Positions 1-9,039 of a DNA stretch of 32,000 nucleotides are shown piece after piece. The notes beneath the pieces were generated by a model that saw nothing but the letters and a program-made list of their open reading frames with translations, was not told the origin of the DNA and did no database searches. Position 1 is the stretch's first letter. Every line of letters starts with the position of its first letter. A program made the translations under genes and the position numbers. This stretch comes from Cylindrospermopsis raciborskii Cr2010 (GTDB lineage: Bacteria > Cyanobacteriota > Cyanobacteriia > Cyanobacteriales > Nostocaceae). Where the stretch lies: assembly GCF_003367075.2 (NCBI RefSeq), contig NZ_CP065936.1:3720001-3752000 (forward strand), given 5' to 3'.

Positions 1-32
1 AATTTTACATTCTAGTTACATTTTTTGATGCT

Positions 33-50
33 CCGCTGATTTATCAGCGG
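33..50. other. Perfect 8-bp inverted repeat (ccgctgat tt atcagcgg) upstream of chlB
   Basis: The two arms were read directly at 33-40 and 43-50. A T-run precedes the hairpin on the plus strand, and no U-run follows it on either strand, so this is not a canonical terminator. Its role is unknown. Confidence 0.3.
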
Positions 51-209
51 ATACCCAGTTCCATCGTAATAAATCTTATTTGTTTCTCGAGCTTGAGTTT
101 GAGAAGATAGAACCAATTTAATAAACGATCCTAGTACCTACTTACCACCCGATTGAGCTTGGATTATAGGTTGGTTTAGGTTCTTTAACTTGTTACAGGA
201 GAAGACTGA

Positions 210-1736
210 ATGAAATTAGCTTACTGGATGTATGCAGGACCTGCCCACATTGGCACCCTAAGAGTAGCTAGTTCTTTTAAAAATGTTCATGCGATTATGC
301 ATGCTCCCTTGGGTGATGATTATTTTAATGTTATGCGTTCTATGTTATCCAGAGAACGTGATTTTACACCGGTTACAGCTAGCATTGTAGACCGGAATGT
401 TTTGGCTCGCGGTTCTCAGGAGAAAGTAGTAGAAAATATCACTCGTAAGGATGCGGAAGAACACCCGGATTTAATAGTTTTGACTCCTACTTGCACTTCT
501 AGTATTTTGCAGGAGGATCTACAAAACTTTGTAGACCGTGCTCAAATGGATGCTAAAGGGGATGTGTTGTTAGCAGATGTTAATCATTATCGTGTAAATG
601 AGCTACAAGCAGCGGACAGAACTTTACATCAAATTGTTAAATATTACATAGAAAAAGCTCGGAAAAAAGAGGAATTGCCAAGTGGTAAAACTGAAAGACC
701 GTCGGTGAATATTATTGGTATTTCTACTTTGGGATTTCATAATAATCATGATTGCACCGAGTTGAAAAAATTAATGGCTGATTTGGGTATTGAGGTAAAT
801 GCAGTTATTCCTGAAGGAGCTTCAGTCCATGAGTTGAAGAATCTGCCAAAGGCCTGGTTTAACTTGATTCCCTATCGGGAATTGGGTCTATTAACTGCTA
901 ATTACTTACAGGAAGAATTTGCCACCCCCTATGTGGATATTACTCCTATGGGTGTGGTGGAAACTGCTAGATGTATTCGTCAAATTCAACAAATAATTAA
1001 TCAACAAGGTGCCAATGTTGATTATGAAGAATTCATCAACGAACAAACTCTGTATGTATCCCAAGCTGCTTGGTTTTCTCGCTCTATTGACTGTCAGAAT
1101 TTAACCGGTAAAAAGGCGGTGGTTTTCGGTGATAGTACCCACGCAGCAGCAATGACCAAAATTCTTTCCAGGGAAATGGGTATTCATGTGGTCTGGTCGG
1201 GCACTTATTGTAAATACGATGCTGACTGGTTTAAAGCACAGGTTAGTGAATATTGTGATGAGGTTCTCATTACAGATGACCACGGATCCATCGGAGATGC
1301 GATCGCCCGGGTGGAACCTGCAGCAATTTTTGGCACTCAAATGGAACGCCATGTAGGTAAACGCTTAAATATTCCCTGTGGAGTTATTGCAGCTCCTATT
1401 CACGTACAAAACTTTCCTATAGGTTACAAACCATTTATGGGTTATGAAGGGACAAATCAACTGACTGATTTAATTTATAACTCCTTCACCCTGGGAATGG
1501 AAGATCACCTGTTAGAAATTTTCGGTGGTCATGATACTAAGGAGGTAATTACTAAGGGAATTTCTGCAGAATCTGATTTAAATTGGACAAAAGACGGGTT
1601 GGCCGAATTAAATAAGATTCCCGGTTTTGTCCGAGGTAAGGTGAAACGGAATACGGAAAAATTTGCCCGTGAACGAGGATTTAAAGATATCTCGGCGGAA
1701 GTGTTATATGCTGCCAAAGAGTCTGTGGGAGCCTAG
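210..1736 (+). CDS. chlB: Light-independent (dark-operative) protochlorophyllide reductase subunit B
   Basis: This is a 508-aa ORF. Its N-terminus [39 protein letters not shown] and its overall length are characteristic of ChlB, the NifK-like subunit of DPOR. Confidence 0.95.
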   Translation: MKLAYWMYAGPAHIGTLRVASSFKNVHAIMHAPLGDDYFNVMRSMLSRERDFTPVTASIVDRNVLARGSQEKVVENITRKDAEEHPDLIVLTPTCTSSILQEDLQNFVDRAQMDAKGDVLLADVNHYRVNELQAADRTLHQIVKYYIEKARKKEELPSGKTERPSVNIIGISTLGFHNNHDCTELKKLMADLGIEVNAVIPEGASVHELKNLPKAWFNLIPYRELGLLTANYLQEEFATPYVDITPMGVVETARCIRQIQQIINQQGANVDYEEFINEQTLYVSQAAWFSRSIDCQNLTGKKAVVFGDSTHAAAMTKILSREMGIHVVWSGTYCKYDADWFKAQVSEYCDEVLITDDHGSIGDAIARVEPAAIFGTQMERHVGKRLNIPCGVIAAPIHVQNFPIGYKPFMGYEGTNQLTDLIYNSFTLGMEDHLLEIFGGHDTKEVITKGISAESDLNWTKDGLAELNKIPGFVRGKVKRNTEKFARERGFKDISAEVLYAAKESVGA

Positions 1737-1762
1737 TCAAACCCTTTTTCTAGCCTAGGTCA

Positions 1763-1807
1763 GGCGATCGCATTATTTAAAGTCTTGAGAAAAAAGATGC
1801 GATCGCC
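1763..1807. terminator. Hairpin formed by two HIP1-containing arms (ggcgatcgcat / atgcgatcgcc) between convergent chlB and the DUF3110-like gene
   Basis: An 11-bp perfect inverted repeat lies at 1763-1773 and 1797-1807 with a 23-nt loop. It sits in the 86-bp gap between two converging stop codons. No clean U-run follows it, so terminator function is inferred from position only. Confidence 0.35.
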
Positions 1808-1822
1808 ATAATTGTAAATTGT

Positions 1823-2209
1823 CTATAATAACCCTTCCAATCGCCGACGAATACTATCTAGTTCAGAACTAGAGATTTCCTGTTGTTCCTCCTTGGTCTT
1901 TTCACTGGAATTACCCTGTTCCCAATCTGTTTTCTCTACATTTTTTTCTGGAGGGGTAATCAAAACAGTGCTATCTTGCGGTACAAATTGCCAGTCAAAG
2001 CCATACTGTTGACAAAATTCCTCGATCTCCTGTTGATCCATCTCTTCAACTTTAGCCATGGGGAAATCCTGGGCTTCTAACATCAAAGCGAAGCGAGTTG
2101 CATCGTCTTGTGATTCAAACATCATAATTGTATTACGATTACCCACTAAAATGGAATGAATTCCTTCATTATCTGTGCCAGCATTAAAAATTAGTACAAA
2201 GACGCCCAT
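1823..2209 (-). CDS. DUF3110-like conserved cyanobacterial/plastid protein of unknown function
   Basis: This is a 128-aa ORF. The N-terminal block VFVLIFNAGTDNEGIHS..MFESQDDATRFALMLEAQDF matches my recollection of the DUF3110 family. It has an acidic, Glu-rich C-terminal tail. Confidence 0.6.
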   Translation of the reverse strand: MGVFVLIFNAGTDNEGIHSILVGNRNTIMMFESQDDATRFALMLEAQDFPMAKVEEMDQQEIEEFCQQYGFDWQFVPQDSTVLITPPEKNVEKTDWEQGNSSEKTKEEQQEISSSELDSIRRRLEGLL

Positions 2210-2265
2210 AGTTCATCCTGGAAATTTTCTCTTTATTTTATTTCCATCAGGTCTCGGATTCCATA

Positions 2266-2661
2266 CTACAGTAAATAACGAGCAAATGCTATACCCAAGT
2301 ATAAGCTAGTAACCCCTAAAACTGCACTACCTAACCAATAAAAAATGGCCTTGAAAAAATCTCCCCCCTGAACTAAGGCTAGGGACTCTAAACTATATGT
2401 AGAAAAAGTTGTATATGCGCCTAAAAAGCCCGTGGAGATCATTAACCTTACTTCCTGCGGAACTATGGTTTTTTGTCCCATCCAACCGGTAAAAAACCCC
2501 ATTGCTGCACAACCACTAAGATTAATAAAGAATGTCCCATAGGGAAAATTTGTCCCCAATTTCAGCGTCAACCAAAAGGTTAGATAGTAACGAATTAAAG
2601 CACCGGCGATCGCACCTAAACTAATGGCTAATAATTGACGGATAGTAAGATTTTGTAACAT
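2266..2661 (-). CDS. crcB: Fluoride ion channel CrcB/FluC
   Basis: The protein is a four-helix small membrane protein with CrcB motifs (GALIRY, NLSGCAAMGFF, GFLGAYTTFSTYSLE). I place the start at the internal ATG at 2661 (MLQNLTIRQLL...), which gives 131 aa and is typical for the family. The track ORF extends to 2721, adding 20 non-hydrophobic residues that overlap the htpX upstream region. Confidence 0.85.
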   Translation of the reverse strand: MLQNLTIRQLLAISLGAIAGALIRYYLTFWLTLKLGTNFPYGTFFINLSGCAAMGFFTGWMGQKTIVPQEVRLMISTGFLGAYTTFSTYSLESLALVQGGDFFKAIFYWLGSAVLGVTSLYLGIAFARYLL

Positions 2662-2831
2662 AGCATTCTCATTGAGATTGAGAAATCCGTACTTTGAGGA
2701 GAGGTTTTCATCATTGTACATTATGTTGCCATGGGATAAAATTAAATTACAGCCAGTTATTGGTTTTATCCTATTGGTTATGTGAGGTTACTACACATAT
2801 AAATTTTATTGTACAACTGGGAGATCAAACT

Positions 2832-3680
2832 ATGGGAAATCAATTCAAGACTCTTGCTCTATTAGCAGCTCTAAGTGGATTATTAATTGCTATTAGTTAT
2901 TGGATTATAGGTGGTAGTGGTGGACTAGTCCTAGGGATCGGTTTAGCAGCAATTACCAACCTATTTTCCTGGTATCAGTCAGATAAGATTGCCTTAGCGG
3001 TATATAATGCTCAGCCAGTGAGTGAAGCCCAGTTACCCGTTCTTCATCGTATGGTGGCAAAATTATCAAGCCGCGCCAATATGCCTATGCCTAAGTTGTA
3101 TATTGTACCTACTTATACTGCTAATGCCTTTGCTACTGGTAGAGATCCAGAGCATGCAGCAGTTGCAGTAACAGAAGGGATTTTAAATATTTTACCAGAA
3201 GAGGAATTAGAAGGAGTAATTGCCCATGAGCTTACCCACATAGTTAATAGGGATACTCTAACTCAAGCTGTAGCTGCTACGGTTGCTGGTGCAATTTCCT
3301 TCCTGGCACAAATGTTGAGTTATAGTCTTTGGTTTGGCGGTGGTTCAAGGGACAACAACAGGGGAGGAAATCCCTTGGGAGTGTTATTGACAGTTATGTT
3401 GGCACCCCTAGCAGCAACAATTATACAGTTGGCAATTTCTCGCACCAGAGAATTTTCCGCTGATGCTGGTGCTGCTAAAATAACAGGAAATCCCAGAGCT
3501 TTAGCTCGAGCTTTACAAAGACTAGAAGCAGCTGCTAGAGAAACACCTTTAGATGCTAATCCAGCTTTTGAACCATTATTGATTATTAATCCCATTTCTG
3601 GACAGTTTTTGGCTAATTTATTCTCTAGTCATCCATCAACCCAGTCCCGTGTGCAAGCGCTGTTACAATTAGAGAACTAA
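2832..3680 (+). CDS. htpX: Zinc metalloprotease HtpX (peptidase M48)
   Basis: The HEXXH motif is present as HELTHIVNRD. The N-terminal TM helices, the FSADAGAA block and the C-terminal SHPS motif are also present. The start is set at the ATG at 2832 (MGNQFKTLALLAAL). The 46 upstream codons of the track ORF run antisense into crcB and look non-coding. Confidence 0.9.
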   Translation: MGNQFKTLALLAALSGLLIAISYWIIGGSGGLVLGIGLAAITNLFSWYQSDKIALAVYNAQPVSEAQLPVLHRMVAKLSSRANMPMPKLYIVPTYTANAFATGRDPEHAAVAVTEGILNILPEEELEGVIAHELTHIVNRDTLTQAVAATVAGAISFLAQMLSYSLWFGGGSRDNNRGGNPLGVLLTVMLAPLAATIIQLAISRTREFSADAGAAKITGNPRALARALQRLEAAARETPLDANPAFEPLLIINPISGQFLANLFSSHPSTQSRVQALLQLEN

Positions 3681-3705
3681 CTTTTTCACAAATTTTTGAA
3701 AAGCT

Positions 3706-4680
3706 CTAAATCGCAGATACAACCTCTGTGGACTTAGCATAGAGGTTGTCAATAGCATACTTAACAACTAATGACTCTTCTGTTGCATGACAAGAAGTTT
3801 TTAGGATTCGGGTTTTGACCGTATCTTTGATAAGTTTGGCTTGAAGAGTATATAAACAACCAGCAGAATTTTCATAACTTAGCTCTGCTAATATTGTATT
3901 ATTGTCCATACTCTGTTCTAACACTCTTCCTGACACCTTGTTATTAAACCAATCCCATCCCTGAATATAAATTATTTCCCTCTCTAAAACCTGTAACGCT
4001 GGTGGTAAAAGGCCCCACCCACGATAAACCCTATCTAGGATTTTAATGTCTCCAGCACGAAATAAAATCGCTTGTAAAGACTGTTGATCCAATAATCCAT
4101 AGTATCTAGCTTCTGGTAAATCTATGGCTGTGGGGGCGAAACGATGTCCACCAATATGACTAGATCTCCAAATTCTCACTTCCTCTAATTGCAACTCCAC
4201 AATTGTCTTCTGGGCGTGAAAATAAAAGGGGTTGCCATACCTAGCACAACATTGATCATGACTGCCATGGGTACAAATAAGAATATCCCTAGTAAATTTA
4301 TTTTGTATTTTGTAATCACTGTTTTCACCCGCCAACCATTTTCTCACTTCTCCCTCTACTAACTCAATATCCGGCAACCTAAATTCTCGCTTAATATAAC
4401 TTTTTGTTAAACCCTGGGGTTTATGATAGATCAGCAGTGTGGTTTCTTGATTTTTATGGGAATCTTCCTTGGCAATCAATAAGAATCTAATTGGTAGTTT
4501 CTTACTTTGTAACTCCCTGTGTAGCAATTGCAGGTTACTAGGTACCCATTTGGAGCCAAATGCTTCTGATATCCAAGGAGGTGGACATTCTACTAAAATA
4601 TAAGTTTGGTAGTTGGTTGCACTACCAATTATTTCTTCTCCTATTTGTCGTGAGTAGTCCGAGCAAAAAAAATTTTTCAT
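3706..4680 (-). CDS. Sucrase/ferredoxin-like (thioredoxin-like [2Fe-2S], Apd1/Aim32-type) protein
   Basis: This 324-aa ORF contains ILICTHGSHDQCCARYG (Cys-x8-Cys) and, further downstream, SSHIGGHRF (HxGGH). That is the 2Cys/2His ligand arrangement described for Apd1/Aim32-type thioredoxin-like ferredoxins (Suc_Fer-like family). Confidence 0.65.
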   Translation of the reverse strand: MKNFFCSDYSRQIGEEIIGSATNYQTYILVECPPPWISEAFGSKWVPSNLQLLHRELQSKKLPIRFLLIAKEDSHKNQETTLLIYHKPQGLTKSYIKREFRLPDIELVEGEVRKWLAGENSDYKIQNKFTRDILICTHGSHDQCCARYGNPFYFHAQKTIVELQLEEVRIWRSSHIGGHRFAPTAIDLPEARYYGLLDQQSLQAILFRAGDIKILDRVYRGWGLLPPALQVLEREIIYIQGWDWFNNKVSGRVLEQSMDNNTILAELSYENSAGCLYTLQAKLIKDTVKTRILKTSCHATEESLVVKYAIDNLYAKSTEVVSAI

Positions 4681-5257
4681 GTTACCTTTAGCAATTATTT
4701 TTTTAAGTTAGTCATTGGAAAAATTGTGTTGACAACTACTATTTTTGCAAATCATGGCGATTTCCATAAACTTGGTAAATTAACCACTAGAATTAACAAT
4801 ATTTTATTAATAATCTATTGTGACATACTCCCTCTGATTTTACTTTTTAAAATAAATTTTGATTTACTTTAAATATACTTTAAATTCCCTTAATAACCTC
4901 TATATACGCAATTAGTCGTACCTAATATATTTTAATATTTTGCCTTTACGCATTAGTATGTTCTTAGTCATAACTATGAGCGATCCTTAAATGAGAAAAA
5001 TTCCTAATTGTTGGCATGGGAGAGACTTAGGGGTTGTGTGCAGTTTTTAGTCCATAACTCATCCACTGCAAGGCGAATTTTAGCTTTTTGTGGGAAGTAT
5101 AGCAATTAAGTGATAATGGTAACAGAATCATTGCCAAAAGACAAGAGTGAGATATAGCATATTTTTAATAATTTTTCTCAATACTTGTACATGGTCAATG
5201 GAATTGAAAATTTCCGATTATTCTGAATTATTATGTGAGCATAGGAGTTAAAAACGT

Positions 5258-6250
5258 ATGACATTAATATTGGCCCTGGACTTCGGGGGAACTAAGTTGG
5301 CCGCAGGTACTGTAGAAGCAGACGCAAGAGAATGGTTACGCCGTGAGAGTCAGTTATCACCCAAAAATGGGGACGCATTAAATGACCTAGAAATCATGCG
5401 ATCGCTCATCAGTGCTGTACTAGACAATCGTAGAGCGGATGCCATAGGAGTTAGTTTTGGTGGACCAGTGGATGCACAAACGGGAATAGTCAGACTATCT
5501 CATCATGTACCTGGTTGGGAAAATATTCCGTTGAAACTGCTATTAGAAGAGGAATATAAAGCTCCAGTTAGTATAGACAATGATGCGAACGTGGCTGCCA
5601 TAGGGGAGCATCGGTTTGGTTCTGGGCAGGGATACGACAGTTTGTTTTATATTACCATAAGTACAGGAGTAGGCGGAGGATGGATTTTAAATAATCAACT
5701 TTGGCAAGGTACAGGAGGGATGGCGGGGGAAATTGGTCATGTAGTAGTAGACCCTAGGGGTCCAGTATGTTTATGTGGTAAAAGAGGGTGTGTAGAGCGT
5801 TTTGCATCGGGTCCTTACATTGCCCAAAATGCCAGAGAATTATTAGAAAAAGTGGCACAACAATCGACCAGTTCTGGTGAGAATGTCCAGGGAGATATAC
5901 TACGAAAGTTAGTAGGTAATAATTTGGATTTAATCACTGGGCAAATAGTCAGTTTAGCAGCATCAAATGGAGATGAGTTAGCAAAATCGGTTTTATATAC
6001 AGCAGCTTGGGCTTTAGGAGTAGGTATTGGCAATGTGGCTAACTTGATCAATCCCCAGAGATTTATCTTGGGGGGTGGGGTTACAAAAGCAGGGGATAGT
6101 TTTTGGACCATTGTGAGAAAAACAGCCCATCAAACTGCTTTACCAGAGGTGAATTTCGAGATTGTGCGAGCGGTTTTAGGAGATGATGCTCCATTGTGGG
6201 GAGCGGTAGCTTTGGGTTTAGATATTGGCTATTCTGGATACAGAATCTGA
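5258..6250 (+). CDS. ROK-family sugar kinase (glucokinase-like)
   Basis: The N-terminal LALDFGGTKLAAG (DxGGT phosphate-1 motif), DNDANVAAIGE, GEIGH and the zinc motif CLCGKRGCVE are together diagnostic of ROK kinases. The substrate is not assignable from the sequence. Confidence 0.85.
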   Translation: MTLILALDFGGTKLAAGTVEADAREWLRRESQLSPKNGDALNDLEIMRSLISAVLDNRRADAIGVSFGGPVDAQTGIVRLSHHVPGWENIPLKLLLEEEYKAPVSIDNDANVAAIGEHRFGSGQGYDSLFYITISTGVGGGWILNNQLWQGTGGMAGEIGHVVVDPRGPVCLCGKRGCVERFASGPYIAQNARELLEKVAQQSTSSGENVQGDILRKLVGNNLDLITGQIVSLAASNGDELAKSVLYTAAWALGVGIGNVANLINPQRFILGGGVTKAGDSFWTIVRKTAHQTALPEVNFEIVRAVLGDDAPLWGAVALGLDIGYSGYRI

Positions 6251-6355
6251 TTAAATGAGATATTATTAAATTATATTATATAGATTACAAATCCATAGAA
6301 ATTGTGTAAATCCTGAACAGCTCTACAAACTCCAAAATGATTCCACAGGATAAAC

Positions 6356-7105
6356 ATGACCATTCCTTTACTACAATATTCTCCATCCAGTCAAAACCAA
6401 AGAGTAAAAAGTTTTGAAATTCCTGGAGATGAAAATCCGCCAGTTTACACCATGGAAGGTAGTCCTTCTATCCCAGAGGTTAATGAATTAATTTGGGCTG
6501 CTTATCGGCAAATTTTTAATGAGCAGCAAATTTTGAGGAGTAATCGTCAGTTAACCCTGGAGTCCCAATTAAAACACAATAGCATTAGCGTCAGAGATTT
6601 TATTAGAGGACTATTGTTATCAGAGACCTTTCGTTTACGGAACTACGACACGAACAATAATTATCGCTTCGTAGAAATGTGTATCCAGAGAGTGTTGGGA
6701 AGAAACGTCTACAGTAAACAAGAAACCATGGCTTGGTCAATAATTTTGGGAACAAAAGGAAGACAAGGTTTCATTGATGCACTGCTCAATAGTGAGGAAT
6801 ATGAAAGTAATTTTGGTGATTATACAGTTCCCTATCATCGGCGAAGAGTAATTGCCCAACATAGTATGGGAGAATTACCTTTTAGCCAATTTCCCCGTTA
6901 TGATCAGTATTATCGTCAACAACTAGAGAATTTGGGTTATTTCCAAAATAAAGCGCCTCTAAGCTATCTATGGAAATGGCAACAACCTCCTTACCATCCA
7001 ATTTATCTAGTCTTATCATCAGGCTTTGGAATATTAGGAAATCTGTTGATTTTAGCTGGGACAATTTATGTGATTCTCACTTATTATGGTCTAGTTAATT
7101 TTTAA
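6356..7105 (+). CDS. cpcL: Phycobilisome rod-core linker, CpcL (CpcG2/G3) type, with a C-terminal membrane anchor
   Basis: The CpcG-type N-terminus MTIPLLQYSPSSQNQRV is present. A PBS-linker domain follows (IWAAYRQIFNEQQIL..SVRDFIRGLLLSETF..NNNYRFVEMCIQRVLGR..ALLNSEEYESNFGDYTVPY). A hydrophobic tail IYLVLSSGFGILGNLLILAGTIYVILTYYGLV occupies the last ~35 aa, as in Synechocystis CpcG2/CpcL. Confidence 0.85.
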   Translation: MTIPLLQYSPSSQNQRVKSFEIPGDENPPVYTMEGSPSIPEVNELIWAAYRQIFNEQQILRSNRQLTLESQLKHNSISVRDFIRGLLLSETFRLRNYDTNNNYRFVEMCIQRVLGRNVYSKQETMAWSIILGTKGRQGFIDALLNSEEYESNFGDYTVPYHRRRVIAQHSMGELPFSQFPRYDQYYRQQLENLGYFQNKAPLSYLWKWQQPPYHPIYLVLSSGFGILGNLLILAGTIYVILTYYGLVNF

Positions 7106-7114
7106 ATACATAAC

Positions 7115-7152
7115 TTAGCCAGAATTCTATTGGGTTTCAGGATTTTGGCTAA
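7115..7152. terminator. Imperfect hairpin between convergent cpcL and the channel gene
   Basis: The arm ttagccagaat (7115-7125) pairs with attttggctaa (7142-7152) with one G-U position, and the loop is 16 nt. Its position between two stop codons is the only functional argument. Confidence 0.3.
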
Positions 7153-7184
7153 GGTATTGAGGAAATGGGGATTTTTATCAAGCA

Positions 7185-8870
7185 CTAACCCACCATTTCC
7201 TGTTCCTCACGCCATAACTGATATAACCGATTGGCTGGAATTGTTAAATATAAAATGTCCCCCGGACTTAAATTAGTTTCTAACAAATCCCAACCATGTA
7301 GGGTTTGATTATTGGTTTCTACATATAAAGGCACAAAATCCGCATATCTAGCTACGTCCTTTACCCACTGACCACAAAAGGGGTGATTAGGACTAATCAA
7401 TGTTGCAAAGGCTACCCATAAGTTATCACCTATAATACCATTGCCAATAATTCTTCCCCCCAATGCAGCAGCAGCAAATGCTGGCGCTGCTAATTCTGCA
7501 GGACTTAATACTGCTTCAAAACCAAATACTTGTTTGGCCATTCCCGCAAAATCAGGGTCAGCATAATTCACCACTACGGGAATTTTTGGGGCTAAACCTT
7601 TAGCTTTTAAGGCAATTTCTAAATTGATTGCATCGTTATTAGTTACCGCTAAAACTGCATTTGCTGTATCTATATTACTAGTTTGTAAGGTTGTCCGAAA
7701 ACTGGCATCCGCTAATATCACCGGAATGCCCATTCCCCTAGCTGTGCTTACATATTTATTATGAGTATCAGTTTCAATTACTACTACTTCATTACCACTG
7801 GCATTTAATTGCTGCACAATTTTAATCCCAATCCCACTTAAACCACAAACAATATAATGGTGTCTTTGAGGAATTCTCGCTGCATCCCAAAATTGTTTCA
7901 GACGACTTCCTAAGACGAAATCTGTTAACATGGCATACCAAAGACCAAATACCACTGCTCCTGCTAACATCATAACAATTGTGAATACTTTAATGCTGTT
8001 TGGTGCTGCTTCCACAACTTTATCATTACCACCCGCACCTGTAATCATCCCTACAGCAAAATATAAGGCATCCACAAATGAAATATTTAATTTGGCATAT
8101 ACATAAGTAAGTGTGGCAATTAAAATGATTATAAATAATACTATTGCCATGGCAATTACTGATTGGGCATGCTTCTGAAAATGCCTAATACTGGTGAGGA
8201 TTTTAATTATTTTCCTAGCCCATGATTTGCGTGTGTAACTGACCCGTGGTTGAATACCAATAATCAGGCGATCGCCCATTTTTAAACGTTGTTCTGATAA
8301 TACTGCGGATACCAAATTCATTTTTCCCGTGGTTGGTAAATAATAAATCAGCATTCGTGTTTTTTCTTCCCATAGGTCACTAATTTTTTTTCCTTGCCAT
8401 GGATGATTGTCATCAATATATTCCTCATGAATTGGCCAGGTTTGATCAAATAATTTAATTTCTCCTATAGCTTTATTTCCTAAAGCAGCAAAGGTAAATA
8501 CGGGTGCTGCTAGACCTACAACACTCATACTCAGATGATCTATCAGGGTATGATCTAAACGTTCTCCTAAATTAGTATTATAAAATCGGTTAATAATGCG
8601 AATATTAGGATTTAGTACCCGAGCTTGCATCATAACTGATAAATTTATACCATCATCAGCTGTGGCAATTACTAGAGTATGTGCCTGTTCAACTCCTGCT
8701 GCTTGTAGGGTAGAAGCTGCACATAGCTCTCCAATAATCACATCTCCTGTAGTTTCCCCTGCAATGGGTCTACGATGAATACCAACAACTAGGGCGCCCT
8801 GTTGTCTCAGTAGACGAAAGATCTTATAACCAGTTCGACCTAATCCACAAACAATAATTCGAGGTTTCAT
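7185..8870 (-). CDS. RCK/TrkA-domain ion channel (potassium-channel family) with RCK - 2TM pore - RCK architecture
   Basis: There are two Rossmann-type TrkA_N starts (IIVCGLGRTGYKI at the N-terminus and YIVCGLSGIGIKI after the membrane part). Each is followed by a TrkA_C-like segment. The central M1 / pore-helix / M2 module is SFVDALYFAVGMITGAGGND. Confidence 0.8.
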   Translation of the reverse strand: MKPRIIVCGLGRTGYKIFRLLRQQGALVVGIHRRPIAGETTGDVIIGELCAASTLQAAGVEQAHTLVIATADDGINLSVMMQARVLNPNIRIINRFYNTNLGERLDHTLIDHLSMSVVGLAAPVFTFAALGNKAIGEIKLFDQTWPIHEEYIDDNHPWQGKKISDLWEEKTRMLIYYLPTTGKMNLVSAVLSEQRLKMGDRLIIGIQPRVSYTRKSWARKIIKILTSIRHFQKHAQSVIAMAIVLFIIILIATLTYVYAKLNISFVDALYFAVGMITGAGGNDKVVEAAPNSIKVFTIVMMLAGAVVFGLWYAMLTDFVLGSRLKQFWDAARIPQRHHYIVCGLSGIGIKIVQQLNASGNEVVVIETDTHNKYVSTARGMGIPVILADASFRTTLQTSNIDTANAVLAVTNNDAINLEIALKAKGLAPKIPVVVNYADPDFAGMAKQVFGFEAVLSPAELAAPAFAAAALGGRIIGNGIIGDNLWVAFATLISPNHPFCGQWVKDVARYADFVPLYVETNNQTLHGWDLLETNLSPGDILYLTIPANRLYQLWREEQEMVG

Positions 8871-8893
8871 GAAATATCAGCACAATTGTCACT

Positions 8894-8921
8894 AATACTC
8901 TGTATTTAATACTCTGTATTT
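8894..8921. repeat. Tandem direct repeat, 2 x 14 nt (aatactctgtattt), plus a partial third copy, in the channel-gene leader
   Basis: The copies were read directly at 8894-8907 and 8908-8921. They are followed by tgtattt again at about 8925-8931. The repeat lies 24-50 nt upstream of the channel start codon. Confidence 0.7.
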
Positions 8922-9039
8922 ATTTGTATTTATAATTGATTTCTCCCAATATAACTGTATCTCCACATACGGTATAGAATACTGGGAGATTAAATATTTC
9001 AGAATAGACCCATTGTTAATAAACGACTTAACAAATGAA

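Noticed and set aside
2662-2831. A possible fluoride riboswitch (crcB motif) upstream of crcB on the minus strand. The segment AAUGAUGAAAACCUCUCC faintly resembles the conserved 3' CUGAUGnnCCUCUAC part.
   Set aside because: I could not find the required 5' half (GGnGAUGnnGnnCnCC...AACnGCC) or a complementary pseudoknot partner. The similarity is limited to a few nucleotides. An Infernal scan with RF01734 would settle it.
8957-8970. An NtcA-like palindrome GTA-N8-TAC (gtatctccacatac), about 94 nt upstream of the channel gene, with a TATAAA box 22 nt downstream on the minus strand.
   Set aside because: A GTA-N8-TAC match is expected several times by chance in 32 kb. The -10 element does not fit TAN3T well. 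Without conservation or TSS data this is not a supportable site.
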